From the NCBI GenBank assembly GCA_013288105.1, contig JABDCM010000004.1:1-55206 (forward strand): 55,206 bases of DNA, written 5' to 3'. This document shows positions 9,741-19,455 of this stretch, in pieces. This stretch comes from Chlamydiota bacterium (GTDB lineage Bacteria; Chlamydiota; Chlamydiia; Chlamydiales; JAAKFR01). The translations under genes and the position numbers were made by a program. How positions within the stretch are numbered: the stretch's first letter is position 1; each line of letters starts with the position of its first letter. Under the pieces are notes generated by a model. The model saw nothing but the letters and a program-made list of their open reading frames with translations. It did not search any database and had not been told where the DNA came from.

Positions 9741-9787
9741 ACTTAACCTTTTTTAAAACAGTAAGTAGATTCTAAGTCATCTTATCG

Positions 9788-9816
9788 TTGCTCTCAAGAG
9801 AAAAGTAGATTATACT
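9788..9816 (+). promoter_or_regulatory. Sigma66/sigma70-type promoter of ttcA
   Basis: TTGCTC-N17-TATACT. Confidence 0.55.
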
Positions 9817-9825
9817 GTTTATCCT

Positions 9826-10587
9826 ATGCTCCCTTTATCTAAACCCCCCCTACCTTTAGCCCTTCCCCCATGGAAAAAATTGGGTAAAAAGTTAGAAAGC
9901 TCCGTCAGAAAAGCTCTCTATGACTACCAAATGGTAGAGGGGGTCTCAAAAATCGCGATCGCTCTCAGCGGGGGAAAAGATAGTCTTGCTCTTCTTTTTC
10001 TCCTTCATGCCATCTCAGGTAAGGGGTTTCCAAAATTTGACCTCACTGCTATTCATGTAGGAGGGGAATTTTCCTGCGGGGCAGGCGTTCAAGAAAATTA
10101 TCTAAGAGCTATCTGTGAAAAATTGGAGGTCCCTTTTCTCTCTCGTCTCTCCACTCAAAAGAGGGAAAAATTGGAATGTTATAGCTGCTCTCGAGAGAGA
10201 AGACGCCTGATTTTCGATGCTGCTCAAAGTGTGGGTGCCCATACCATAGCCTTTGGCCATCATAGAGATGACAATGCTCAAACTCTCCTCCTTAACCTCC
10301 TCCATAAAGGGGAATTTGCAGGCACCTTACCCAAAATTGAAATGGTCCGTTTTGGACTTACCATCATCCGCCCTCTTACCTACGTGCCTGAGGAGGAGCT
10401 GCGGCAATTTGCTAAAGAGTATGGCTTTGCCAGAATCAGCTGCCAGTGCCCCGTAGGTCAACATTCTATGAGAAAAAAGGTTGACTCTCTTTTGACAGAA
10501 ATGGAAACTTACTTTCCACATGCACGCTCTAATATAGCAGCTGCTACTTTGATTTATGGATCTAATAAAGCTGCAAAAATTGACTAA
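9826..10587 (+). CDS. ttcA: tRNA 2-thiocytidine biosynthesis protein (PP-loop)
   Basis: SGGKDS, CYSCSRERR, GHHRDD, IIRPL and CQCP motifs. Confidence 0.9.
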   Translation: MLPLSKPPLPLALPPWKKLGKKLESSVRKALYDYQMVEGVSKIAIALSGGKDSLALLFLLHAISGKGFPKFDLTAIHVGGEFSCGAGVQENYLRAICEKLEVPFLSRLSTQKREKLECYSCSRERRRLIFDAAQSVGAHTIAFGHHRDDNAQTLLLNLLHKGEFAGTLPKIEMVRFGLTIIRPLTYVPEEELRQFAKEYGFARISCQCPVGQHSMRKKVDSLLTEMETYFPHARSNIAAATLIYGSNKAAKID

Positions 10588-10598
10588 AGGTTTATATC

Positions 10599-11438
10599 AT
10601 GCTTCCTCATCAAGAAAATCGTATCACCATTGACGGCATCGAAATTGCTCTCACCTCTCCCGATCTTTTTCCCTTTCATTGGGTAGGTCAAAGAGATGTT
10701 CTCGACCAACTCTTAGCTTGTTGGCTAGTGATCCACCCTGGGGATATTCCCTTAAATCCCCGCCTTGTCGGAAGACCAGGAGTTGGAAAGACGACTCTCG
10801 CCTATGCTGCTGCTAAAAAATTGGAAAAACAGGTCTATATTTTCCAATGCACCATGGATACGCGTCCAGAGGATCTTCTCATTACACCCGTTATCAATGA
10901 TAAAGGGGGCATTCGCTATGTGGCCTCCCCACTCGTTGCAGCTATGATTCAGGGGGGTGTCTGTATTCTTGATGAGGGAAATCGGATGAGTGAGAAATCC
11001 TGGGCCTCTCTCGCCCCCCTCTTAGATGCGCGTCGCTATATAGAATCTATTGTCACCGGATTAAAAATCTATGCACATGAGGATTTTCGTATCTGCGTTA
11101 CCATGAATGAGGATGCCTCTACTTTTGAGGTCCCTGAATATATTCACAGCCGTCTTCAGCCTCAAATTTATCTTGATTTTCCCGAAGCAGATGAGGAAAA
11201 GCGCATTTTGAAAGAAAATCTTCCTTTCGTAGAGGAGCAGATTCTTGATTATGTAGTAGCCTTTCTTCAAAAAGCCCATTTTCATCAAGAAAATTATTCT
11301 GTCCGTGATGGAATCAATATTGCTCGCTATGCCGCAAAACGGATGCATGCTCTTCCCGAAAAAGTCAATCGAGAGGCCATCATGCGTCAAGCCATCTTAA
11401 TGGTTCTAGGACAAGAGGCAACCATCCACTACTCATAA
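10599..11438 (+). CDS. MoxR-family AAA+ ATPase
   Basis: Walker A GRPGVGKT, Walker B CILDEGNR, sensor region TMN...SRLQP. Confidence 0.9.
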   Translation: MLPHQENRITIDGIEIALTSPDLFPFHWVGQRDVLDQLLACWLVIHPGDIPLNPRLVGRPGVGKTTLAYAAAKKLEKQVYIFQCTMDTRPEDLLITPVINDKGGIRYVASPLVAAMIQGGVCILDEGNRMSEKSWASLAPLLDARRYIESIVTGLKIYAHEDFRICVTMNEDASTFEVPEYIHSRLQPQIYLDFPEADEEKRILKENLPFVEEQILDYVVAFLQKAHFHQENYSVRDGINIARYAAKRMHALPEKVNREAIMRQAILMVLGQEATIHYS

Positions 11439-11439
11439 A

Positions 11440-13302
11440 ATGCATCCATTTCATCTTCGTAAAGGCAATGTGATTGCCCTCCCCACCCTCCATTATACCA
11501 TGGAGTGTGCCATGCATGTAAAAAAGGCCTTTGATTATTTTCAACCCGATTGCATCGCAGTGGAACTCTCCGAGGACTTAAATGACTCTTTTCTCCATGC
11601 TGCAAGCCGTCTTCCAGATATCACCCTCATCAAAACCTCCTCTCTCTACTATCTAGCGGAACCTTGTGATGCTTCATTCGAAGCTCTTCGCTTAGCTCTT
11701 GAGTCTGGTCTGCCCTCTTATTGCATTGATCTACATGTAGACAATTATCCTTTATTTAATGAGGCTCTTCCCGATCCCTACGCTATTTCCATTCTCGGTC
11801 TTGAAAAATATTACACAGCATACATCCAGTCTCAACCAGTCAAACACCCCTTAGATAGATCCAGAGAACTGCATATGGCGCGCCGTTTGAAAGAGCTCTC
11901 CTGTCTATATGAAAGGGTCTTATTTATAGCAGGATTTCATCATAGCGAGGCTGTTTTAGCCGCCTTAGATCAGAACTCTTTTCCCCTCGACGAAGTAAAT
12001 GGCCAAAGGCCCTTTACGAGTCAGAAAATCCCAAGAGATGCAAGTAAACTTCCTGAATTTGAGAAAGAAAAACCCAAAACTCAGGTTACTATTGCTACTT
12101 TAACGGAAGATTCTTGTCGAAAGGTGATGGCTGAATATGGATGGATCAGTCAAGCCTATGAAGAATGGAGAGGCTCTTCTGACATTGAGCTCGATAGACA
12201 ACAACTTATTCTCTCTCTCTATAAAAAAAGCAGTGATAACTACACAAAGAACACAGGAAACCCTTTTTTAGGATATCACTTAAGAAATACGATGAAATTT
12301 GCTCGCAACTACTCGCTCCAACAAAACCGCCTGCTTCCAGGGCTTTTTGAGCTCTTGAGCTGTGCCAAGGGATGCGTTGATCATAACTACGCCTATGAGG
12401 TGTGGGAACTTGCCACCTCTTATCCTTTTCGAAAAAATATCGACAATTTACAAGAGCTCGATCTTTCTGTGGAAGATATTTGGGGCCATTCTAAACCCAT
12501 TTACTTTCACCTAAAACAGAGACAAACTAAAGGGCTCCATTTTCAACGACGTCAAAAAGATAGAGGAGGGAAAAAGCCTTTTTCTCCCCCCTCACCCTTT
12601 TTTCTCTGCTCCTATCCCCCTGAAGATCTTCAAGTAGAAAATTTTGGAGATTTTTTAAAGAAAAAAGGGACTAGGCTTCTATCTGAGGAGCAGGCCCATT
12701 CCATCCCCTTTTCAACCAGCCTAGAAGAGGGATTAGATGTGAAAGAGACAGTCCGACATTGGCATGAGAAAAAGCTCTATGTTAGAAAAAGAGAAAAACC
12801 TCCTCAAGCTGCAAGCTCTGTTGTGATCATCTTTGATGAGGACAGCCCTGAAGAAAAAGATCTTTATAATGAAAAATTTCCCTGGAAAACGAGCTGGCAA
12901 GGAGAACACAGTCAAGAATCTGATATGGCCTTTTATGCCACCTCTCTTCAACAGAATATTATAGGGCCCGGTATCAGCCGCTGTGAATATGGTGGTTTTA
13001 TGCTTACCTCCCCTCCTCGGCGCCTTCAAGATGTCTGGACAGATCCAGACTATGAAAGATGCAAAAATAAGGGGGAGGTCCTCCTGCGAGCCGCTATTGA
13101 TTATGCTTTAAAACCCCTGATTATCTTAGTCGCAAAAAAACCCCCTACCAGCAAAATCAGAGGAATAGCTCAAAGATATGGAAAAAAAATTGTCTATTTG
13201 CCTTTGGGTAGCCTTTCCCCTATCATGCTTAATAAAATCCGCTCTTTCCATGCCCTAGATGGACATGACAAGAGAGAAATAGCTGGTGATTACATTTTTT
13301 AA
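11440..13302 (+). CDS. Conserved MoxR-partner protein with TraB/DUF5682-like N-terminus; contains an in-frame repeat insertion
   Basis: Starts 1 nt after the MoxR stop; IAVEL, RELHMARRL, FIAGFHH, CSYPPED, GLDVKETVRHW and GEHSQESDMAFYAT motifs. Confidence 0.75.
   Translation: MHPFHLRKGNVIALPTLHYTMECAMHVKKAFDYFQPDCIAVELSEDLNDSFLHAASRLPDITLIKTSSLYYLAEPCDASFEALRLALESGLPSYCIDLHVDNYPLFNEALPDPYAISILGLEKYYTAYIQSQPVKHPLDRSRELHMARRLKELSCLYERVLFIAGFHHSEAVLAALDQNSFPLDEVNGQRPFTSQKIPRDASKLPEFEKEKPKTQVTIATLTEDSCRKVMAEYGWISQAYEEWRGSSDIELDRQQLILSLYKKSSDNYTKNTGNPFLGYHLRNTMKFARNYSLQQNRLLPGLFELLSCAKGCVDHNYAYEVWELATSYPFRKNIDNLQELDLSVEDIWGHSKPIYFHLKQRQTKGLHFQRRQKDRGGKKPFSPPSPFFLCSYPPEDLQVENFGDFLKKKGTRLLSEEQAHSIPFSTSLEEGLDVKETVRHWHEKKLYVRKREKPPQAASSVVIIFDEDSPEEKDLYNEKFPWKTSWQGEHSQESDMAFYATSLQQNIIGPGISRCEYGGFMLTSPPRRLQDVWTDPDYERCKNKGEVLLRAAIDYALKPLIILVAKKPPTSKIRGIAQRYGKKIVYLPLGSLSPIMLNKIRSFHALDGHDKREIAGDYIF
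11989..12088 (+). repeat. Family A palindromic element arm inserted in frame in a CDS
   Basis: 11998..12088 matches intergenic 22513..22603 at 84/91 nt; encodes DEVNGQRPFTSQKIPRDASKLPEFEKEKPKTQV. Confidence 0.9.
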
Positions 13303-13305
13303 AAT

Positions 13306-14088
13306 ATGAAAAGAACAAAAATTCTTTTAACTAATGATGACGGAATTCACGCGCCAGGACTCCGCGTCCTTTGGGAGGCTCTTAAAAGGGCAGATTTTGC
13401 TGATCTTTGCATAGTTGCTCCCACCTCGGAACGGTCAGGTGCAGGTGTATCTATTACATGGGATCGCCCTCTTCTTATCCAAGAGATTAACCATTTTGAG
13501 GGGACTCCTGCTTGGTGCGTAGATGGCTCTCCTGCAGATTGTGTTAAATTAGGCATGCGTATCATCCTTGAACATCCCCCCGATTTCATCGCCTCAGGAA
13601 TCAATGCGGGCTCCAACGCCGGAAGAAATGTCCTCCACTCAGGAACTGTAGGCGCTGTGATCGAAGGAGTTTTCAGAGGCATTCCAGGAGTCGCTTTTTC
13701 TTGTGAAAATGGACGTGATCCCAATTTTCATGTCGCAGAAAAATATGTAGCTACCATTGTTAAATACTTGTTAGAAAATCCTTTAGCTCATGGCACTCTC
13801 CTGAATGTCAACTTTCCAAAAGTTGCAAAAGAAAAAGTTAAAGGATTTCGTTTGACCAAGCAGGGAAGGGGAAGATGGTCTGAAGATCCTCTTTTACATT
13901 TAGAATCGGAAAAAGGAAGAAGTTATTGGCTGGGGGGCAAGCCAGACGAGCTACCAGAAGATCAGGATTGTGATATTGCTTTATTAAAGGAGGGATATAT
14001 GACAGCAGTTCCCCTTTACGTGCATAATCTCACAGATCAAGAAGAGTGGGAAAAAAGGGGGAGTAGTTTTCAAGAACTGCTTGAGTAA
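13306..14088 (+). CDS. surE: 5'/3'-nucleotidase SurE
   Basis: ILLTNDDG, GSPADCV and SGINAGSN...SGTVGA motifs. Confidence 0.97.
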   Translation: MKRTKILLTNDDGIHAPGLRVLWEALKRADFADLCIVAPTSERSGAGVSITWDRPLLIQEINHFEGTPAWCVDGSPADCVKLGMRIILEHPPDFIASGINAGSNAGRNVLHSGTVGAVIEGVFRGIPGVAFSCENGRDPNFHVAEKYVATIVKYLLENPLAHGTLLNVNFPKVAKEKVKGFRLTKQGRGRWSEDPLLHLESEKGRSYWLGGKPDELPEDQDCDIALLKEGYMTAVPLYVHNLTDQEEWEKRGSSFQELLE

Positions 14089-14093
14089 AATTA

Positions 14094-14262
14094 ACGCCAG
14101 TTTAATTCAAGGAATGGCTAGAAGATGCTGAAAAGACATTTGAGCAGATTACGAGATCCAATTCGAAGCAAATCCCCTCAATGGGGCTTTGCGAGAATTG
14201 GATCGCGTGAGATGCTCAATGAATTACAGCAGATTCAGCCGTTCCTTAAATTAAGCTGGCGT
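14094..14262. repeat. ~170-bp long imperfect palindrome (family C, MITE-like or structured RNA)
   Basis: Termini ACGCCAGTTTAATTCAAGGAATGGCT / AGCCGTTCCTTAAATTAAGCTGGCGT plus nested stems up to the CCCC-TCAAT-GGGG apex. Confidence 0.8.
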
Positions 14263-14303
14263 AAAATTGAGCTTTCCAGTACCTTCTACCTCTTTTCGAT
14301 TGT

Positions 14304-14375
14304 GGGCGTATAGCTTAGCGGTAGAGCACCTGTCTTACACACAGGGGGTCATAGGTTCAAATCCTGTTGCGCCCA
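14304..14375 (+). tRNA. tRNA-Val(TAC)
   Basis: GGGCGTA/TGCGCCC acceptor stem; anticodon arm CCTGT-CTTACAC-ACAGG. Confidence 0.95.
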
Positions 14376-14379
14376 TCTT

Positions 14380-14453
14380 GCGGGAGTAGTTCAATTGGTT
14401 AGAGCACTGCCCTGTCACGGCAGAAGTTGCGGGTTCGAGCCCCGTCTCCCGCG
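14380..14453 (+). tRNA. tRNA-Asp(GTC)
   Basis: GCGGGAG/CTCCCGC acceptor stem; anticodon arm CTGCC-CTGTCAC-GGCAG. Confidence 0.95.
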
Positions 14454-14473
14454 TTCCCCTTTTTGGAGGCACT

Positions 14474-15385
14474 ATGCCTAGTAAAAATTTCCGCTTTGGC
14501 GTCTATTATTTAAAAACTCTTTTTTGGTTTATTCTTGGAGGGTTTTTAGCAGCTTTGGGTGTTCAGGTCTTCCTTGTGCCCAACCATCTGATTGACGGTG
14601 GTGTGGTAGGCCTTGCAATGATGGCATCTCACCTCTTTGGTGTCCAACATCTCCCCTATTTTTTAATCTTTTTTAACCTCCCCTTTGTCTATTTAGCCTA
14701 TAAACAAATTGGCAAACATTTTGTAATTGAAATGGTCACTGCAGTGATCGTTTTTGCACTCTTTTTGGGTCTTTTTTATTGGCTTCCCATCTGGTGGAAG
14801 TTTCGACCGTTTGAATTTCATGGTGAAGTACTTGAAGTGGTCGCTCTGGGCGGTTTTATTTTAGGATGTGGCATTGGGTTGATTATTCGACATGGGGGTT
14901 CTACCGATGGAACTGAGATTATGGGGATTATTATTAATCGAAAGAGGGGATTTACTGTCGGTCAGGTCATTCTTTTTGTAAACTTTTTTATCTTTGGGCT
15001 TTCTGGATTTGTTTACAAGAATTGGCACACAGCGATTTTATCTCTTTTGACCTATGTCGTAGCGACCAAGGTGATGGATACTGTTATCGTGGGGTTTGAG
15101 GACACCAAATCTGTCATGATTATTTCTACGAAGCCTCAAGAGATTACAAATATTCTCATGTCTGAGCTGGGTTTAGGTTTAACGGTTATGTATGGCAGGG
15201 GCGGCTATAGTGGGGATGAGCGAGAAATTCTCTATATTGTGGTAGAACGTTTGCAGCTTGCTGAATTAAAGGAGCTGGTTCATAGGGAAGATCCTGAAGC
15301 TTTCATAGCCATAGAAAACCTCCATGAGGTTATCAATGGTCGTCAAGCGGCGGTTAAATCAATTTCCTCCCCATCTTTGAAATAG
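14474..15385 (+). CDS. YitT family membrane protein
   Basis: PNHLIDGGVVG, GGSTDGTEI and C-terminal GRGGYSG...DPEAFI motifs. Confidence 0.92.
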   Translation: MPSKNFRFGVYYLKTLFWFILGGFLAALGVQVFLVPNHLIDGGVVGLAMMASHLFGVQHLPYFLIFFNLPFVYLAYKQIGKHFVIEMVTAVIVFALFLGLFYWLPIWWKFRPFEFHGEVLEVVALGGFILGCGIGLIIRHGGSTDGTEIMGIIINRKRGFTVGQVILFVNFFIFGLSGFVYKNWHTAILSLLTYVVATKVMDTVIVGFEDTKSVMIISTKPQEITNILMSELGLGLTVMYGRGGYSGDEREILYIVVERLQLAELKELVHREDPEAFIAIENLHEVINGRQAAVKSISSPSLK

Positions 15386-15949
15386 GTTATGAGGAAGACG
15401 AAAGGCATCAAGAACCTTTCCTACGATGAAATTTTCCACCTCTTCTAAGGATTTAGGGTGGAGATACCAGGCAGGAATGGGGGGTAATATGGTCGCTCCG
15501 ACCTTAGCGAGCTTCCATAGATTTTCCAGATGAATTTCACTAAAAGGGGATTCTCTGGGTACGACCACAAGAGGCCTCTTCTCCTTTAAGGTCACATCAG
15601 CTGCGCGTCTAAGAGCATTGTCTCCAAGTCCCATTGAAATCGCTGCAACTGTTGCCATACTACAGGGAATAATGACCATCCCGTCTACCAGATAGGTACC
15701 ACTTGCAATCATGCACCCTAAATCCTGAATCAAATTGAGATGGATTTTATTTTTAACCTCTTCAGGAAAGGAGTCCACCCATTTTGTAGCGGTGCTGTAC
15801 TCTTTTCCCAATTCCAAAGTTGCTGTGTAAAGTGCGCCGGACGTGATGACCAGCTCAATATGGTGACCTAAATGGGCAAGAGCTTGCACCATACGTACAG
15901 CCAGAATCATTCCAGAGGCGCCTGAAACACCCACTATATAACGGTTCAT
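15359..15949 (-). CDS. ubiX: Flavin prenyltransferase UbiX
   Basis: GVSGASG, PCSMATVAAI, RAADVTLKEKR and VPRESP motifs. Confidence 0.95.
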   Translation of the reverse strand: MNRYIVGVSGASGMILAVRMVQALAHLGHHIELVITSGALYTATLELGKEYSTATKWVDSFPEEVKNKIHLNLIQDLGCMIASGTYLVDGMVIIPCSMATVAAISMGLGDNALRRAADVTLKEKRPLVVVPRESPFSEIHLENLWKLAKVGATILPPIPAWYLHPKSLEEVENFIVGKVLDAFRLPHNLFQRWGGN

Positions 15950-16816
15950 TTAGGAACCTGTAAAAAAAGGAAGAATACCAACTAAAACAGCCATTAAAGT
16001 GGCAAAAGAGAAAATCACATTATTCCAAAAGAAGAGCGGTTCTAGAGGAGTTTTAGAAATTTTTCTATGTGAGAGAAAAAAGAGAGCTCCTAGGAAAGGA
16101 ATAATAAGGAAGTAGGGTAGAGAGAGGGGGGTGATCCAACCCAATAGAAAGAGCATCACTAGAGAAGAAAAATGGGAAAAACGGGAGATCCAGAGACTTT
16201 TTTTAACTCCGAAGCGCGCAGGAATGCTATGAAGACGATGCATCCGATCAAATTCGATATCTTGAATGGCATACACAATATCTTCTGCGGCGATGACAAA
16301 AAAGGCGGCTCCCCCTAAAAAAATGGGGGTCCAACTAAGAGATCCAGTTACAGTGATCCAGGCCATCACGGGTCCGCACAGATGGATGAGACCAAGGATG
16401 AAATGGCTAGAGGCGTGAATCCTTTTCATGTAGGAGTAACCCCCAATCAAAACAGCTGCACCTAAAGAGCAATAAAAGCAGAGCGGATTGATTTGAAAAC
16501 AGATGAGGAGAAAGGAGAAGAGGCTCAAAAAGGCGATAGAGAGCACTTGAGAGGCGTCTATTTTTTGAGAGGGAAGAGCTCTATTTTGCGTGCGAGGATT
16601 TTTTGCATCGATCTTCCGATCGATCAGCTGATTGAAGGCCATTCCAGAAATTCTTGCGGCAAAAAAAGCTGGAAATATCCAGAGAATGGGGAGCCATGCC
16701 TCAACAGTTAAAGGGGGATATTTTCTTAAGGCAAGGAGGGCTCCGGCAAGGACTATGGGAAGTCCAAAGAGAGAATGCTCTAGACGAGTAATGTCTTTGA
16801 AAATGGTGAATCTCAT
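15950..16816 (-). CDS. ubiA: UbiA-family prenyltransferase (MqnP-like, futalosine menaquinone route)
   Basis: HSLFGLP, AFNQLIDRKIDAKNPRT and DIVYAIQDIEFDR motifs; ATG at 16816 avoids overlap with the divergent gene. Confidence 0.9.
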   Translation of the reverse strand: MRFTIFKDITRLEHSLFGLPIVLAGALLALRKYPPLTVEAWLPILWIFPAFFAARISGMAFNQLIDRKIDAKNPRTQNRALPSQKIDASQVLSIAFLSLFSFLLICFQINPLCFYCSLGAAVLIGGYSYMKRIHASSHFILGLIHLCGPVMAWITVTGSLSWTPIFLGGAAFFVIAAEDIVYAIQDIEFDRMHRLHSIPARFGVKKSLWISRFSHFSSLVMLFLLGWITPLSLPYFLIIPFLGALFFLSHRKISKTPLEPLFFWNNVIFSFATLMAVLVGILPFFTGS

Positions 16817-16880
16817 ATTTACCTTTTGCATTTTATAGAAGAGTGAATTATCAATCCAGCATACGGAAAAAGAGGGAATC

Positions 16881-17558
16881 ATGATAGAAAATCTTTCTCT
16901 AGACGCGTGGCGTATTTTTAGAATTTTGTCAGAATTTGTTGATGGTTTTGAAACGATGACCAATTTTGGTCCCTCTGTTTCTATTTTTGGTTCTGCAAGG
17001 ATCTTGCCGGGAACCCCTTATTATGAATTAGCGACAGAGGTTGCGAAAAAAATAGCGGAGAAGGGGTTTGGGATTATTACGGGGGGAGGTCCTGGGATTA
17101 TGGAGGGGGCGAATAAGGGGGCGCAATTGGCCAAGGGGCGTTCATGTGGGATTAATGTGGATCTTCCTTTTGAAGAAAATTCCAACCCCTATCTCGATCG
17201 AAAATACACGCTTAACTTCCGTTATTTTTTTGTAAGAAAGGTGATGTTTATCCGTTATGCGCAGGCCTATGTATTTCTGCCTGGGGGTTATGGTACTTTT
17301 GATGAGCTATTTGAGGCACTTACACTGATTCAGACGAAGCGGATCAAACCTTTTCCTATTTTTCTGGTTGGGACCTCTTATTGGGAGACGCTTATGGACT
17401 GGTTAAAGAGGGGGCCGCTTCAGGAGGGGTATTTGAGTGAGGGGGATTTTGCACCTATTACGATTACGGATGATCCTAATTTAGTTGCACAGATGGTTGA
17501 GAAGCACTATCAGGAATCGGGTCCTGATCCCACCTTTCAGCTCGGCAAAAATGGTTAA
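16881..17558 (+). CDS. LOG family (TIGR00730) nucleotide phosphoribohydrolase
   Basis: FGSAR, TGGGPGIME, FFVRKVMF and PGGYGTFDELFE motifs. Confidence 0.93.
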   Translation: MIENLSLDAWRIFRILSEFVDGFETMTNFGPSVSIFGSARILPGTPYYELATEVAKKIAEKGFGIITGGGPGIMEGANKGAQLAKGRSCGINVDLPFEENSNPYLDRKYTLNFRYFFVRKVMFIRYAQAYVFLPGGYGTFDELFEALTLIQTKRIKPFPIFLVGTSYWETLMDWLKRGPLQEGYLSEGDFAPITITDDPNLVAQMVEKHYQESGPDPTFQLGKNG

Positions 17559-17596
17559 TATTCAATTTATAGGTAGTCTGAATATCAACCATCTTT

Positions 17597-18964
17597 CTAT
17601 TTCTTCTCGAGAGTAAATTGACAGCCAGAATCCATTAAATCATCAATATACTTGATGTCATACTTCGAATGGAGAAAATCAGCATTATCCATCATATATT
17701 GGTGAAAAGGAATGGTGGAATGCACCCCCCCAATATGAAACTCACGTAACGCTCGCTTCATCACAGCAATCGCCTCCCTCCTATCCCTACCCTTGACTAT
17801 CAACTTGGCTATCATAGAATCATAATAAGGGGGAATCCTATACCCCGTATAGCAAGCACTATCTACACGAACATGAGGCCCCCCCGGAGGAAGATAATAT
17901 TCCAATACCCCAGGAGAAGGAGCAAAATTCTGCGCTGCATTCTCTGCATTGATGCGACACTGAATCACATGCCCCTCAAAATTAATCTCTTTCTGTTTCC
18001 ATTTCAGCTCTTCTCCTCGCGCAATTCGAAGTTGCTCGCGTACAAGATCAATCCCCGTAAGCTCCTCCGTAACCGTGTGCTCCACTTGAATACGTGTATT
18101 CATCTCCATAAAGTAGAAGTTGAGATCTTTATCTAACAGAAACTCAATCGTTCCTACAGAAAAATACTTGGCAGCCTTCGCAATGTGTACGGCCGCTTGA
18201 CCAATCTTATCGCGCATCTTTTTAGAAAGGACGGGACTGGGCGCCTCCTCAATCAATTTTTGCCGTCTTCTTTGAATCGTGCAATCCCTCTCCCCTAAAT
18301 GAACATAATTTCCATGCTTATCCCCCATAATCTGCATCTCAATATGACGCGGACGGACAATCATCCTCTCCAAATAGACATCAGGATTATTAAAACTCGC
18401 CTCTGCTTCTGCTCTGGCTGCCGGAAATAAACGGTGAAGCTCCTCCAAATTATGCGCAATCCGTATCCCCTTTCCCCCTCCTCCTGCAACCGCTTTGATG
18501 AAAATCGGAAAGCCAAGCTCTTTTGCCCATTTTACAGCCTCCCCAATCTCTTTCACAATGCCATCAGATCCCGGAATCACCGGACATTTCACACTCTTCG
18601 CAATCGCCTTGGCCATTGATTTCTCCCCCATTAAAGCAATGGACTTAGGAGAGGGACCAATAAAATTTAAACCACAACTTTCACAAATGGATGCAAAATT
18701 GGCATTTTCACTTAAAAAACCATAACCAGGATGAATCGCATCCGCTCCTGTAATTTCACATGCTGAAAGGATGTTAGCAACTTTCAGATAAGAACGGCTC
18801 GCTTGAGGTTCCCCAATACAGACAGCCTCATCCGCGAGATGAACATGCAAAGCCTCAGCATCAGCTTGAGAATAAACAGCAACAGTGCCAAGCCCTAAGT
18901 CATGACAAGCTCGAATGATACGAACTGCAATTTCACCCCGATTGGCTATTAATACCTTTTTCAT
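17597..18964 (-). CDS. accC: Acetyl-CoA carboxylase biotin carboxylase
   Basis: ANRGEIA, HPGYGFLSEN and EMNTRIQVEH motifs. Confidence 0.98.
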   Translation of the reverse strand: MKKVLIANRGEIAVRIIRACHDLGLGTVAVYSQADAEALHVHLADEAVCIGEPQASRSYLKVANILSACEITGADAIHPGYGFLSENANFASICESCGLNFIGPSPKSIALMGEKSMAKAIAKSVKCPVIPGSDGIVKEIGEAVKWAKELGFPIFIKAVAGGGGKGIRIAHNLEELHRLFPAARAEAEASFNNPDVYLERMIVRPRHIEMQIMGDKHGNYVHLGERDCTIQRRRQKLIEEAPSPVLSKKMRDKIGQAAVHIAKAAKYFSVGTIEFLLDKDLNFYFMEMNTRIQVEHTVTEELTGIDLVREQLRIARGEELKWKQKEINFEGHVIQCRINAENAAQNFAPSPGVLEYYLPPGGPHVRVDSACYTGYRIPPYYDSMIAKLIVKGRDRREAIAVMKRALREFHIGGVHSTIPFHQYMMDNADFLHSKYDIKYIDDLMDSGCQFTLEKK

Positions 18965-19446
18965 TACGCTTCTACACTGAAAATTTTTGTTCCAAACTCC
19001 ACAGGATCCCCATTTTTCACAAGAATTTCAACCACTCTTCCCTTAACTCCTGCTTTTACCTCATTCATCACTTTCATTGCCTCAATGATACAAACCACAC
19101 TTTCCTCAGTCACAACATCCCCAACCTTTACAAAATTAGCAGCATCCGGAGAGGGGGAAGTATAAAAAGTTCCAACCATAGGAGAGGTGATCGCTGTACC
19201 CACCACTTTTGACTTACTCTCAGAAGAGGGGGAAGGAGCCACTGGAAAAGAGTGGACAGGTTCCACAAGGGGGGGAGATTCTAACCTTCTCTCCTCGTAT
19301 ACTCTCTCTTGAGGAGAAGAAAGGGTAACTCTTCCCCCACAGTCTCTCTCTAACTCGATTTCAAAACCCTCTTGTTTAAGAGCTAACCGCTTAATTTGCG
19401 CAAGCTTCATTGCTTGCATCAGCCTTTCAATCTGCTTTAAATCCAT
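18964..19446 (-). CDS. accB: Biotin carboxyl carrier protein
   Basis: SPMVGTFY and EAMKVMNE biotin attachment site. Confidence 0.97.
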   Translation of the reverse strand: MDLKQIERLMQAMKLAQIKRLALKQEGFEIELERDCGGRVTLSSPQERVYEERRLESPPLVEPVHSFPVAPSPSSESKSKVVGTAITSPMVGTFYTSPSPDAANFVKVGDVVTEESVVCIIEAMKVMNEVKAGVKGRVVEILVKNGDPVEFGTKIFSVEA

Positions 19447-19455
19447 GAACAACTC

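Noticed and set aside
14125-14313. 62-aa ORF
   Set aside because: Lies inside the long palindrome and runs into tRNA-Val.
9118-14453. Genomic island bounded by the two tRNA clusters
   Set aside because: No integrase and no duplicated tRNA 3' end; the content includes core genes ttcA and surE.
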